Of a DNA stretch of 64,000 nucleotides, positions 1 to 14,090 are shown one piece after another (positions within the stretch are counted from its first letter, which is position 1; each line of letters begins with the position of its first letter). A program made the translations under genes and the position numbers. Origin of the DNA: Lama glama (lineage: Eukaryota); assembly GCA_028534125.1 (NCBI GenBank), contig CM052817.1:75890001-75954000 (forward strand), in the 5' to 3' direction. Under the pieces are notes generated by a model. It had not been told where the DNA came from. It saw only the letters and a program-made list of their open reading frames with translations, and did no database searches.

Positions 1-1494
1 GTGGGAAACTAAAAAATTGCAACACAAAACAAGCAAATCAGGTTTTAAAATATAAATAACCAACAAAAATTCATTTAGTAGAAAAATAATAGCAAAAACA
101 GATATTTCTATATAGGGCACAATTTTGTATACAGTTTCATTAACTGATAATACTTACATGTTAATAAACTTCAAGACAGAAAAAAGCTGTTAGAAGTTTT
201 GTATTTGTCAAATAAATTAGGTATAAAAGAATTAAGGATGAAAAATATGAAATTATTAAGTATTTTATTTGTAAGAAATATCTCAAATGGTATATCATGA
301 ACCTGGGTAATATACCTTTAAATCAACTTAGAACATGCAAAAGCACTAATCCATATTAAGTAAATGAAAGTATCAATTAATCCCAATACATAAAACTTGC
401 TATATATCTTATAATATAATAGATGCATAATTGAAAATGGAGATATTAAAACAAGTCTTATTTAATACAAAGTTCAAAGGAAAAGTCAAGTTTATAATAT
501 AATCAATTAATGTAAATATTAAAATAACTCCACATCATTAAAAAAATTAATCTCAAAGAGAAGGTCAAGTTCATAATAAAACAAATCATGGAAATCATTA
601 CAATATGAAAATACTTATGAGAACTAAGGGAATTTAGTTACTTTCTGAAGATAAGTGCATTGGTTTAAGTGTCTTTAATATTAAAATAAGAAGAATGTTG
701 ATTGAAGTCCTTTGGGTAGTTATGCTTTTCAAATAAATTTTTCCATTTTGTGGTAGCTGTTAATGCAGGAAAAGAAAATTTAATGTTCATTTTCTGGACT
801 GTGGGCTATGGTATCAAAATAAGTATTCTAATTCAAATCACATTTATTCTGGTCAGTGCTGGATTCTGTATAAGAAGTTTGACCATCTAGTCTTTCAAAA
901 ATCATGGATAGCAAAATCAGTGGGAAGGACAGCTCAGTCACCACACACAACCTATTTTCAGAAGATGGTTTTAGAATTGTTTGGACCTCAAACAAACATT
1001 TCTCCAACTTTAGCCTATGAGTGTTGTTCTCCCAAGATGACTCTGCTAGATCCCATAAAGTAACAATAGCCTTATTAAGCTGAAAATTAGACTGACTGTT
1101 TTTCACATTTGTTAACTGTGAAAATTATACTAATAAATAAATCTCTTTCCCCAAATACACACATTACGATATCTTCAGACTTTTGTCATGGCTTCTAAGG
1201 ATTCAACCGTCTTGGACGCTTTTCTCATGTGCAACCTTCAGATAACTTCCCAATCTCTTTTCTTGTGGTGCAAGGAGACTTGTGACAATAAATAGTTTAA
1301 GACTTGACTATCTCACAAACGTCAAAAGCTAACCAGGAAGTATGTGAGATGCAAAAGTGAGAACAAGAACGTGATGTAGCAAATACTAAAGTACTCTTTT
1401 CTCCCAAACAAAGTCATGTTATTTCCTGGGACACAATACTTCCCAAAACTAGCATTTCAATAATACTTTCCAATAACTCACTTTGCTTGAAGGA

Positions 1495-1925
1495 GACTGG
1501 CTAGCAGCTCCTCTAATCCATTCCTCTTCTTCATCAGTATACAGTTGAATTGATTTTTCAGGCTCTTGGCAAATTATTCACGGCCACATAAATGTGTACT
1601 ATTTGATGTGATATAAGGCTTATTAAAATCATCACATCTAAATCACTATGATCTTTTTATTTATATCCAAGGGCAGATGAGCTAAGCCATCTGGGGATGG
1701 CTGAGCCACAAACTGGAAGGATCTAATTCTATGTGGATTATGATTCCTAATGAATTTATGATTCTTTATAAATCATCAATTAAAGGAACACTGCCTGCTG
1801 ATCAGAAACACTGTTTTGGAGTTTACATGAGAATATAAGAAAATTCTAATGTTCTCTTTTGTTTGAACAAACATAACTTTATGTTTGTAGGCTATAACAT
1901 TTAGCATTATCATAACTATTATATT
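1495..1925 (+). mobile_element. Ancient MaLR solo LTR (MLT1J/K-like)
   Basis: GATGGCTGAGCCACAAACTGGAAGGA and the downstream ...TTTACATGAGAATATAAGAAATTCT resemble MLT1J-type core and 3' sequence. Heavily diverged; family assigned from recall. Confidence 0.55.
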
Positions 1926-2982
1926 AGGCCAACCTAATTACTATTATAAAACCATTGTTTTATCTTTTTTTGGAAATGAGTTAATTGTCTCAAATAGAAA
2001 ATGCCTTTAAGATTATCAGTGTTATCTGCAAGGGGTTAATATAAAGTATAGTGTGAGAAAAATAAAGGCTAGATAAAAATTTAAATGCTACTATATGGTT
2101 ATAGACCCCCATATGCAAATGTTGATGGCTAAATATCCTAACTTGTTGAAAGTTGCTGGTGCAAACTAAATGAAGAATCATTTATGTATGCATAGGGGAA
2201 GGAATTTTTGCTCATTTTAACCTGAAAATAAGATAACATTTGCAAAAATATAGTCTTTATAACATACTGATAAATTAGTTGTTAGAAAATTCCAATTTAA
2301 TCTAGCAACAGCTTTAAAATAAATTAAAGGAGAAACAGTATTCCCATTTGAAACTGTTGCAGTTTTACAGCAAAATTCATGCTTTATATTTACTACATGT
2401 TAAAATAAAAATAAAAAAGGAAGCATGAAAGGGAGCAACTCAAAATTAATGGTAACATAATAGCATCATTTCATTAAGTTGTTTTTGTCGTTTTTCTAAA
2501 ATTAATCCTCTTTCAGTTCATACAACAATTTTTCCAATTGTCATCCCATTAGAAATGCATTATAAGTATGTGCATGTATTTTCTTCTCTCTGTAATATCT
2601 TAAAAAATAAGAAGCATAGCTAAATGTATTTATATATAACTCTAAATACTTCTCAAGGGATCACTCACACTGATTTGTGGAACTTTCTCACCCATAATAA
2701 AATGAATAGCTCTGTTTTTGATTTCACCGATTCTGGAGAGAATAGGAATGACATTGCCTATAAATTATCAAATACGTTTCATGTAAACTGGAAGAAATAG
2801 CAATAAGTTAAAAATACTGAAAACAACTAAAACTGATATGTTCAAACCCCAAGATGACTGATACTTGAACTTCATTAAATATTGAAATAGAATAACACAC
2901 TGCAGCCAGGCAGTCACTAGGAAAAGTCACATACATTTTGGCATTTTACAGTATTTATGATGACACAGTATTTCAAAGGGAC

Positions 2983-3584
2983 TGTATGATGGCAGGAGTA
3001 GTCCATCCCTATCAAAAAAAAAAGATAATAGACTCTGAAATGATGATACTACATTTCAGAGAATCCCCTTGCCCATATGACTTTGAAGAAACATAATTCA
3101 CCAAAATTAGGAGGAGGAGGTTGAGCCCCAGCCATTATTCTCTGGAGGTCACTGTGGTTAGAGTCCTTGAAGCAGGATGCCTGGCAGGTTCCCTTGTCCT
3201 CGCTCTTCCCGCTCTGCATTGAGCTATTCTTCCTGGGGTCCCTGCTAACCAACTGCAACTCTGGGCTCACCTTCAGATGCTTGGAGCAAATTCATAGGAA
3301 CATTCATGACAAGAGGTAACAGAATTCCACAGCCCAGTCCTCTGGACCTTGTAAGTGCTGGACATGGCTAGCTTCCCAAACTCTCTGCGAGAGTCAATGT
3401 GCTCGACTGCACCACTGACTCAGGAGACCTCTTGTAGGCTTTTTTCTGATTCTTCCCGTTTGAGTTAGTTACTATCTAAGTTTCATTCCCAACTATGTAA
3501 GATCTTAGTCTAGTGAATAATTTTCTCATTTAAAAAACTATATACAGTGGTGGTTCTTCTCTTGACTGATCCTTAACTGATTCA
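2983..3584 (+). mobile_element. ERVL solo LTR (LTR16-like)
   Basis: GC-richer block ending CAGTGGTGGTTCTTCTCTTGACTGATCCTTAACTGATTCA, matching the LTR16-type 3' terminus (cagtggttctg...ccctgactgataca). Confidence 0.65.
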
Positions 3585-3687
3585 GAGGATTATATTTTAT
3601 GACTGTTATATTCTACCTTCATATCATAATATCCAACTGCTTTAGAGGATTATACTTTATGACTGTTACATTCCACCCTCATATTAT
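3581..3687. repeat. Diverged tandem duplication, 60-bp period (1.8 copies)
   Basis: TTCAGAGGATTATATTTTATGACTGTTATATTCTACCTTCATATCAT at 3581 recurs as TTTAGAGGATTATACTTTATGACTGTTACATTCCACCCTCATATTAT at 3641. Confidence 0.9.
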
Positions 3688-6186
3688 TTTGCACAATTAA
3701 GATTTTTTTTCCTCCAAATGTTGTTTTGGATATTTTTTGGAAGCAGCTCTCACTTTAGTGAAATATTGACAAAGTGCAAGAATGGGTAAGGACGATAGTC
3801 TCTAAATACTTCAGCTTTTGCTGACCTGAAACTGCAGATTTGTTAGAGACAGGTAGAAATGGTAGCATGAATAATCAAAAGGTATTTAATCCAAATGGTT
3901 GCAGAAGATATTTTTGCAGTAACTGCCGTGGTTTCACTGCAGGTATACCTTCCTAGCACATGTAGTTTGACTGGTATAACTGTCGATTAGCCTCCCCTGC
4001 AAAGAAAGGACCTAATGAAGGAGACCTCAGCTGGATGTAACATGAGGCAGGGCTCACCAAGTCTGTTTAAAATTTAGACACAACCAGAATGAAATATTGA
4101 AAAAAAAAACACATCTTGTTATTTTTATGGATCAAAATGAAACTGAATTCATGAATCCATTATTAAGATATTACAATTATTTTTTTCTTTCACAGGCTTT
4201 TTCCAGTAAACCTATGTATGATATTTTAAGGGAACAGCTGACCTCAATGAAATAGCTTAAAAACACTTCAAATATAAGTAGAGAAAAGCTTTTGTTTACT
4301 CCTCCAGACTTTTCAGTTCTTTCCTGTGATTTTTTTTTCTCTTTGTGAGCACCAAATTTATAAGGATATATTATTCACTGTAAATTCTGACACAGTAAGA
4401 AATTAAAATTTTTTTATAATGATTCAAACAGACTGGCTCAGGTAGACACACATGTGCATACACATTTTCAAAATTTAAGAAATGAGGTTAGGAGTAAGGG
4501 AAACCAATATGAATACTTAAAATTGAAAGGCATAAAAATGCTCTAGGATTCAATATTTATCATGGTGTATTTGGAAACTTTGGGTATTTAGCCCCACCAG
4601 TTAAATGCAGTCCTGCATGCCTATTATTTTTATTCTCATCTCAAAAAACAGGGTGTTTGGGTCTGTTTTCTTTTCTGTTATGCTCTTTCCCATTCTGCTT
4701 GGTAACACTGAAACCTGGATGCATCATTCACTACTGACATTCCCTCTGACCCATTCCAAATGGGGCCACCATTCCATCATAAATAAATACTTTACACTCA
4801 CAGTGTCTTCACAAATGACCTCATATCCCTTTTGGGCGTCCTTGGAACCTGAATATCCTTCAAAGACTACTTATTGTAGCCTTCATCGTGCCTTTTATCA
4901 TCCTTGAATGATGTTGGCATTTTTCTCTTAGGTTAGAGCACTTCTTCTTCTGAGGTCTTCAGAGACATAAACATCTTTTATATATGCCTCATTATAATAT
5001 AAAATATATATGTGATATATAATTATATAATTTTTACTTCAACTCCATGTAATCACCATTTTATTCCCTGTTATTAATCTTCTCCCATTACCATATTAGA
5101 TCTGTGGCTGGTCACTTGATCTGCATTCTTTGGAATCAACATTACCTTCTCCTTTATTTCCTTCTGCATAACCTATGAAGTGTAGATCATCTCTACACAT
5201 GAAGTTTTGTTCTTCTGTACCTAGGCACCTGAGGAATGCTAGAGAGAAAGCATAAAAGTTTATGATTTTCATCCATTAACACTTGTCATCAATCACTCAA
5301 CTTACTTGGGCCAACTTTTTCTCTCATTCCTCACTTAGTGAGAATTTAAACTTGATTTCTCCTTAAAATTCTTTCCTAAACTAACTCACTTTTTAATCAA
5401 ATGCCAGTTAATCTAATTTGAAAACACCACCACCACCACCAACAAAAAAAACCTCAGACTGTCTTCACTAGATGTTTTACGTTGGTGAAAGTTCCTTCAT
5501 GAACAGTTCTTGGCTTCCATGGCCTTCCTCTGTTGGTCCTCCACTTTTATTTTTCTCTCCTCTTTCTCAGTTTTCTTTGCCAAATGTCTGTGTCTGCCCT
5601 CTTTCTTCTCTGTACCTTGCCTCGGAGTGAACTCATTTACAAACCTCACTTTGAATACTGCCAATACAAACTTGTTGGAAGTGCTATAAAGGCAAATCAA
5701 TTTTTTTTTAAATAGGATGAAGTAGCCCAGCGGATAATAACAGAAACCACTGCCATGCCGAGGAGCAGAGAGAAAGGGAAGAGTTCATGGGACCAGAGCC
5801 CAGGCAGGATACCAGGCTCTCTAAAGGGAACTGGGACTACATAAAGAGGGGATGTCAATCAGGAACTGAAGCCGTAGTTGATAAAATCTATGATCTGAAA
5901 AGGGTGAAATGGAAGAAATATCCTGGCTTCTACACCATCCAGTCTTTTCCTGGTGCTTCTCATTAGTGACATATAACCTGGAGCCACCCCTGGAAGTATT
6001 TCAGGGGTTAGCCTCTTGAAGAACAAAGTAAAGAAGGACAGAGGAAAATCACACAAATGACTGTAGCATGGTGGTATTGGCTTCTGGGTCTTTGCACAGG
6101 CTGTTGTCTTTGTTTTGAAATATTCTTCCATGTATGTGTTGCTGTGTGTCCATAGTCTTTCCTGATGCCATCTCTGTGCTATACCT

Positions 6187-6256
6187 TTCAAATATATATA
6201 TATATAATCAAATAATATATATATATTTCAAATATATTATATATAATATAATTTTG
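6187..6256. repeat. Degenerate (TA)n / AT-only low-complexity tract
   Basis: Read directly: TTTCAAATATATATATATATAATCAAATAATATATATATATTTCAAATATATTATATATAATATAATTTT. Confidence 0.85.
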
Positions 6257-6634
6257 CAACATCTACCAATGTGCCAGACTCAAATGCATTATTCCTATGG
6301 AGGCTAAGTGAATAAGCATCACTACTTCCAAATGCTACTTTCCAGGTCTCATAAATTCTAGAAATACAGAAAAACGTACTGATCTTTGAAAATCTTTATC
6401 CCCAAATAACTACTCAGGTTCTAGATGTGTAAATGTAACTTCATAAACTTCTTAACTCATAGATCCTCCTACCACAGAGACTCTTCCCATGTTGTCCATT
6501 ACACAAATAGTAGTTTTCTTTCTCTATTTTAAAAATGATTTTTAAAACTTTTAAGATGTAGTACTGCATCCTTTATATGCTCCTATCCAGTTCTGATATA
6601 TTGTCTTGGGAACACTTATCACAACCCAGAGAGA

Positions 6635-6880
6635 CAGTAAACAGGGTAAGATTCTGGAACGTGACTCACTAATTCATATTCAGACTTCAACATTTACCTC
6701 CTGAGTAATGCTGAAATATATAAATGTATCTATATAAATATAAATAGTTATATTTAGTCTTCCAGTGCTTTAGTTTTCTCATCTTAAATATGAAGAGGTT
6801 AACATTAACTAATCCATATGGTTATTCTAAATACCGAGTCAAGATGGATATAATACTTTAAAAATTGCCTGGCAGAGTAT
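6635..6880 (+). mobile_element. MIR SINE
   Basis: Core GTGCTTTAGTTTTCTCATCTTAAATATGAAG and 3' TTGCCTGGCAGAGTA resemble the MIR consensus. Confidence 0.7.
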
Positions 6881-7899
6881 TTTTAGTATTTCTTACTCAT
6901 AATCAAATGAGTACTCATGAATTTTAATGAATACTAATGCAAATGATTCTCCCCTCACAACTAAAAAGAAAATTTCCTTATAAAAGCCATTATAAGAGCC
7001 CATTTTCATAATACAAAAAATCATAAATATGAACTAATATAATACATATGCAATGGACAAATGTAATTAATATGGTTAATGTAATTTCAAACTGAACTTA
7101 CAGAAACAGATGAGGCTTTATTTCACACTCAATTATTTACTTGTGTATGTAGGTGCCCAATGACATATCAAAAACTGCTGTCCATGTAGAGCAGATGGAA
7201 GAAGAGTGGAGAGGGGGGCACATGAATAGTATTTGATCAGAAAAAAAGACAATCCCGTTGACCTTTCAGAGAGCACTGCCATTTTGGATGGCTAGTATTC
7301 TCATTTTTAGAAACAAACTGTATATGCTTATTAATGATGAAATTAACTTGTAAGAATTTCAACAGAAAAAAAGGGTAACATTTTAGGCTCAAGACTTACT
7401 GACAAAGTCAGATATAATATTAAGTAAATAACACAATGAGAAAAATATACTAATGAGTGAATTTTAATAACTGGTTTCTAACTTGTGTAGTTCTCCTCTC
7501 ACCTTCAGAAATTCTGCTTGATTCCCTAACTTCAGGTTTATACTTTTCTTAGTGTCTTGAGTCTATCTTGACATCATGGAGGAGAAATTCTGTTCTGAAG
7601 AAGTGGCATCAGTTCCATGATTAGAGCTAGCAGTCTATTTTTGAATTTGGGCTCTTCCCTAGAAAATAGATTCTCCTTTTTATCCACGTGTGTATGATCC
7701 ATGTTTTAGTAAAGCCCTTCTAGGGTTGGGAGCCTGCCACTCTCTTGCCTTTCTCCCTCACAAGGTTTGAAACCATTATTTATGATCCCCAGCTGAGTTT
7801 CTAGAGAATTCTACCTGCTAATGGGCATCTCTGATCAGATTGCTACTTATTATGTGTACCTGAATAGCTGTTGTCATATAGCACCTGCCTATCATAGCA

Positions 7900-8334
7900 T
7901 TTATTAAAGGTTGAATTGTGTCCCCCTAAAAGGTATGTTTCAGTCATAACCACCAGTACCTGTGTAACCTTATTTGGAAATAGGGTCTTTGTAGATAACA
8001 TCAAATTAAGATGAGGTCTTTAGGGAAGGTCTTAATCCAATATGACTGGCATGCTTATAAGAAAAGGGAAATTTAGACACAGGGACGCATAGAAGGGCAC
8101 CAGCATGGTGCACAGCAGAGACAGAGATTGGAACGGTGCAGCTGCAAGTCAAGGGACACCAGGATTGACGGCCACCATCAGGAGCTCGGAAGAGGCAAGG
8201 AAGGATTCCAGCCATAGGCTGGTCCACAAATTGATTTGGACCTCTAGGTCCCAGAACTGTGAGAGGACAAATTTCTGTTGTGTTAAGCTACCAGTTGGTG
8301 GTAATTTGCTATGGTAGCCCTAGGAAATGAATAT
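7900..8334 (+). mobile_element. MaLR solo LTR (MLT1C-like)
   Basis: GGTTGAATTGTGTCCCCCTAAAAG...TTATTTGGAAATAGGGTCTTTG...CAGAGATTGGA...GGAAGAGGCAAGGAAGGATTC...CCAGAACTGTGAGA...GCCCTAGGAAATGAATA, the classic MLT1B/C layout. Confidence 0.9.
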
Positions 8335-9229
8335 ATTTATCTTCCAAATTATTTATGTCAATTATAACCCTTAATGACAGCACATTCTAATTCAGACAAG
8401 AATTGTATCTCACAGGAATGGTGTCAAAAGTGATGCTCTCATGCATCTTATTTTGTGAAAGAAAATATTAAATAAGCTCCATATTTAAATAAAAAATGTG
8501 TGATAAATTAGTGAATTGTGAGAAAGAATTCATTGGGGAGGATGACAAACTGACTTTTAAAAATAATTTTGTTTGCATAACCAGAAATCACTCTATCATT
8601 ACTCAGCTTTAAAACTGATGAATTAGTGTAAGATAAAACCTCCTGACTGGTACAGTAGAAGCTTACAAATATTTCTTTCTTTTCACTATTTGAAAAATTA
8701 TTGTTCTTCTTTGGATCAGAATATGCCATTGTTTAAAGATTTTTTGTGGGCCTTGGGACCTTTTACATAAACTTTTCTGCCCTTTGCATCACAGGCATGC
8801 TCCTAGATTTTTGTCTTTGAAAAAGAATCCATTTCTAATTGGTCTATCTTGTAACATTACAATAATTTAGATGGCAAATAAATTGAAAAACAATAACGTT
8901 AGATAACTCTGGAGTGAGTTGAGGAAACAAATATTAGAAAAGATTTTAGTTCCCCCATTCTTGTAGGCTATGACAGAAACTGCTCTGTGCCTATGCAGTA
9001 GTAGAGCTTCCAGAAGGAATACCAGTGATGACTGTGACAAAAGTGACATTCATGGATTGATGTGTTCTGTATAAAGGGACTTGTGAGAAAGATATGCTAG
9101 AAATAGTAAACTATTTTTCTTGTCCAAAATAAATGCTACACAGTCTTCTTTACCCTTGGCAACATTTAACACATATCAGTTTTTAAGATGTATCTTTTTT
9201 CTCCTGCATCAAAAAAAAAACCCAACAAT

Positions 9230-9500
9230 AAATAGATACACACTACTAAAAATAAAACAGATACACCACAAGGTCCTGTTGTATAGCATAGAGAACTATA
9301 TTCAATATCTTGTAATAACCTATAATGGAAAAGAATCAGAAAAAGAATATATATATATATATATATATATACATACACACACACACACACATATACACAC
9401 ATGCATATATATGTATAACTGAATCACTTTGCTGTATATACACCAGAAACTAACACAACATTGTTAATCAACTACAGCTTTTAAAAATATTTTTTAAAAA
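9230..9500 (+). mobile_element. 5'-truncated LINE-1 3' end (cetartiodactyl-type) with internal (TA)n(CA)n microsatellite
   Basis: GTATAGCATAGAGAACTATATTCAATATCTTGTAATAACCTATAATGGAAAAGAAT...ATAACTGAATCACTTTGCTGT...CACCAGAAACTAACACAACATTG. The microsatellite spans about 9347-9412. Confidence 0.9.
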
Positions 9501-11031
9501 TTGACAATCAGCGTATCCATTCCACAAAGTAAAGTGGAGATCAGTAATTGATTTTCGTGCAATGACATTATCATTGAGACAACTCCCCCCAACACCCCAC
9601 TCCCACTGCCCAATTTGGCTCCAAAATCTACTTTTAGATGCAAACTATAGAAAATACTTTTCATTCCAGATTTAACAAGAAAGCTGGACCAGCTCCATAT
9701 CACTTACTTCCAGAATGACATTGCCATGAGTAAACCAATTTGAACATCAGAAAATGGTTTGCAGAATTTGCAAACATAAATATTAAGATTACCTCAATAA
9801 ATGTTTACCAATATACAAATAAACATGAATATATCCCTATTTTAGATTCTGAATTTTAGAAGAATCAAATGAACTATCCATAGTCAATTTTAATGATGAT
9901 TTCAAACACAAAACTTCTGTCTATTTGCTTTAATTTTATAGTCATAATTTTTATGATAAAAGGAAAATAGACCATTTATGACAATGCTCCCCTAACAGTA
10001 TGCTAATATATGTTGTCCCTTCCTTAGATGACCTATTGCTCTACAAATGCTTTAGTCACTTTTCATTCAAAAATGGATATTGGCTTTTACACTCACTCTC
10101 AAATAAAACTTTGCCATACTCTAGCCCAAGTTGTTTGTATGATTGGATATCTGGAATCGTTTTGAGGTGAGAGCAGAGAATGTACCTGTATTTTGCAGAC
10201 TGACAACCTCAATAAAAATGATACTAGTTACTCAGTCTGGAATGACCTGCTTGCTGTTTCAGTTCTGAATTTGGCAGGTGATGTGTAAGAAGCAAGCAGT
10301 AAACTGGGCTAGTGGGAAAGATAATGCAAAACCATGAATTCTAGATGGTTTCATTAAATGTCAGAACTAGAATTTTAATTGCAGTTTTGATAAAGTATAC
10401 CAAGCAAAATGTTAAATTGCATCTTCTGCTTTCACAGAAATGTTATAAATCTTAGTAAAATGCTCCTTCAGTATAGGAAATTCTTCTTCCTCCCAAAATG
10501 CGTGCTATACTCCTTTCAACAACTTGTGATGTGTGTTTGTGTGTGTGTGTATCAAGTTGGTAACAAAAAAACAAAGGAAACATAGAAAAAATTTCATCTA
10601 ATTAATCAAAAAATTAAAGTAATTTTAAGCCTATGATAATCATTTACAATGTTTTCTTCTTTTCAAATTTGAGCTTTTTAATAATGAACCAAATACATGG
10701 AGATTTGTACTACTTACCTATGAGGACTTTCTTATATTTAATTAGAAAGTTTTAAATGTTTAATAATATTCTGTGATAAATTGGGCTAAATAGCTAGATA
10801 ATTTCTACTCTGTCACCTATTTTGTCCATCTATGTCTCTAACACAATACAAATATCTCTAATACAATAATAAAATTTTAATCTTGTTAAATGTCCCATTC
10901 TTCCCCAGTCAGTGCCCATCTTCTTCCTTTCATTGAAGTATAGTATATTGTTACTTGCCTATAAGGCATTTCTACTTATATCTTATTAACAATTCAGCAA
11001 AACACAGTCTACATTTATTTTCTAGAGCTGA

Positions 11032-11070
11032 ATATACATATACATATATGTATATATATATATATATGTA
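11032..11070. repeat. (TA)n-rich microsatellite
   Basis: ATATACATATACATATATGTATATATATATATATATGTA read directly. Confidence 0.85.
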
Positions 11071-11429
11071 ACTATTTTCACTTCCTTACTGATGCCAATT
11101 GCTGAAGGAAAATCCACTGTTTTTTTGCATCCTACTTTATTTTAAATGTCTGGTAAGCAATGAAAAATAAGCAACTCATTATTTTCAACTTAACTATAAT
11201 CATAATAGGCCTAATTTCAAGAATTTATGGCTCATTCTGATACTGTAGCTTGCTTTGAATATAATTTCTGCATTTTAGTTGCACTGAAATTGAGTAGTAC
11301 TCTAAAATCGTTTGTAGGTTAACTTTGTCATGCAAGTAAAAAAGTGCAAGCTTCTGAATTACTTTGTCAGATGGTTTTCATGGTCATTTAAAAATGTATT
11401 AGTTGAACTTTAAAAAATAATCAGCCAAC

Positions 11430-11640
11430 TGGTTTATCACGGAGTTTTTGAAGAGTAAGCACCCTTGTTATAGTCAGAATGAGACCCTAATGAGGCACAC
11501 TAAGTGTGTCCTTCATCCGAGAGTACATGCAGAATTCACTAACCACCCGCCTCGTTAAGTCGGATATGTCATCAATGCGGGAAGTAGAATGGTGGTTATA
11601 AAGTAAATGTGAAGTGAAAGTTGCCACAGGAAGTCAATCT
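11430..11640. promoter_or_regulatory. Candidate regulatory element with ETS and IRF-like motifs
   Basis: Non-repeat-looking segment with a local CpG cluster, GCGGGAAGT (11577-11585), AAGTGAAAGT (11612-11621) and CAGGAAGT (11627-11634). Motif evidence only. Confidence 0.3.
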
Positions 11641-13144
11641 CATGTTTAACTCAAGGCTGTATTTCTTACTGTGCTTATGTTTTGTAGGTTAAGTGCTTTT
11701 CAGAAGGTTCAGTTCTTGGTAAGAGTTAATGGAATCTATTGATTATACTGTTTTTGCACACATCAAAGTAACTCATTCAAATAAAAAATTAGTTCTCTTG
11801 CAAGCACATATACAAATAAAACCAAGAAAATGTTTTTGAAAGTAGAAAAAATAGACATACCATTTACCATTTGAAAAGAAAATCTGTCAATGTCATTTTC
11901 TGATAAGAATCAGCTGTGGTTGACATTAACGATGGAGATCTCATTAATAATCCCCAAATGTAGCTCATACTTTGAAATATAATAAAAGTAATCACATGTA
12001 AATAAATGGGAGTTTTCTACAAAGTAGCTGTACTTGAATCTTACGTTTCTTCAAATGCCACAGCAATCATTCCAAAGTAAAAAAATCAATCTCAAGTTAA
12101 CCTGTTAAGTATTTCTTAAAAGCTATCTATGACCAGCTGTGTAGAAATCTACTATGTACAAATATGCCATTTCATTACCTATATGTTTAATTTGTTATTC
12201 TGGAACTTCTCACATTTTACACAGAAGCTTAAGTATATCAAATCCCTTGTTCAAAACAGAAAATGTAGAATGAATTCTCCTCTTTAGTATATCCAGAAAG
12301 ATTATAACACAAAAAATTGGCAAGATATCATGGTGTTATTATCATGGAAACAAGTATGATAACTATCCTCTGTGTGAAATTTGATTATTTTCATATACAG
12401 TATCACATTAATTCTCAAAATATACTCCTGGTATACTTTTACAAATGAGAAATCTATACATTTTTTCGTGCTCTTACTGAAGCTAAAATTCAGGTTGATC
12501 TTTTAACTTCAATTTTCCTATTCTTTCCTGTGCTAATCAATTAGAATAGCTTATTAAATTGCAATATTCTGTGCCAAACAGATAAACTCTAAAGCAAGAC
12601 TCCTTAATCTATTTTCTCTAAAGGATAAATTAAAGTAAAACATCTACTATTACAGTAGGTGATGGCCAGGTTTGAGTTTGGAAAGCCTCTGATAGAATAA
12701 GTAGAAAATATCTATGTCTTATGCTCCATACAAAGATAATGAAGGATTGTCCCCGAATTTCAAAATATTTGCATAATAGTGATGGTAATTATAGAACACT
12801 TGGTAGTAATGTTATTTTCTAGATTTTAATGTAAGCTTGTTGGGATTCCTACATGTCTGGAGACATAAAGAGCAATGGGCACACTGACTGTTTAACTGGA
12901 CAGATAACTCACTCTGGGACAGCTGCCAAGAACCCCGAACTCATACGCATCTCTATGAGACAGTCTAGAGGCAAACAAGATACCATGTTCACAAACTGCA
13001 TACGTTTTAGTTGCCTGAAGACTAAACTAAAGGAAAGCAACTTTGAACAAAGGGCAGATCATTATTCTCACCGACTTTCAGTCTTGGAACCTATGCTATC
13101 TAATGCCATGACTTACCAGAGGCTAGTCATCCAGCTAAAGTATC

Positions 13145-13560
13145 TTTAGAAAAATATTCAGAAACTTAACTAAATATATTTATTAAAAAGATGGTGAAAA
13201 TAAACTGAATAATCATTCAGTTCAAAAAGTTAGAGAATAGAAAACAATAATCTTAAGAGGAAGAAGAAGAAATGTAACTACATAAAATAATGAAGTAGAA
13301 AACAGAAAATTGATAGGACTACTGAATGAATGCAAGAGCTGATTCTTTTCATATAAAATAATAGAAGAGATCAACATTTAGCTAATATAGTTAAATTAAA
13401 AAGAAAATAAGAATGAGGTAATAGCACAAACCCTAATGAGATCAAAAGAACTGTAATTGAATACTTTTCTCAAGTCTATCCAAATAAACATGAAAACTTT
13501 CATAAATTATAAGGAAAATATGAATGATAAAAACTAATCCCAAGACAGAACTAAACAAAA
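13145..13560 (+). mobile_element. Old L1 (L1ME-like) ORF2 fragment
   Basis: A-rich block with GAAGTAGAAAACAGAAAA...CAAGAGCTGATTCTTT...TCTATCCAAATAAACATGAAAAC...GGAAAATATGAATGATAAAAACTAATCCCAAGA, the typical ORF2 linker order. Confidence 0.7.
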
Positions 13561-14015
13561 AGTTAATTCAGCATTTCTTAATAGATATGTTAGAACTGTT
13601 TAAGAATATTTTTTATAAATGTCAATGGCCCAATTATAATTGTAGTAATTAAATCAGAATCTCTGTAGTGTATCTTTAGTGAAGAACCCATTCTCCAGTG
13701 GTTAAGCGCCTCAGGTGACTGCTTTGTACAGCTATGGTTAATAAGAAAACAGAAAAAAGATGAATAATGATCTGGGGAAGCTCAGAAAATAAGTATGAAA
13801 AAATTAAAGCATCATAGTAAGCATGGTTACATTGTTAACAGCAAGGGGGAGGGAGGGAGAGAGACAGAGGGCTCTTTTATCAACATTTTAGAATATTGTT
13901 GTCTATGTGAATATCAAAAATCCAAAGCACTGCTGACAGCTGAATTGCTAAGTCATACTTTAAGAAAAATTATTGAATAACAACAAGGATCTTTTTAAAA
14001 TACCATTAACTCTTT

Positions 14016-14090
14016 TTTTTCTTAATTGAAGTACAGTCAGTTACAATGTGTCAGTTTCTGGTATACAGCACAATGCCCCAGTCATGCATG
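14016..14090 (-). mobile_element. Extremely 5'-truncated young L1 (75 bp) with a perfect 15-bp TSD
   Basis: TSD TACCATTAACTCTTT at 14001-14015 and 14091-14105. The insert is a T tract plus AATTGAAGTACAGTCAGTTACAATGTGTCAGTTTCTGGTATACAGC..., the same 3' end as the L1 at 23983. Confidence 0.93.

Noticed and set aside
4196..4255. Strong acceptor followed by AFSSKPMYDILREQLTSMK-stop (possible terminal exon)
   Set aside because: The peptide is not recognised and no upstream exon is identifiable.
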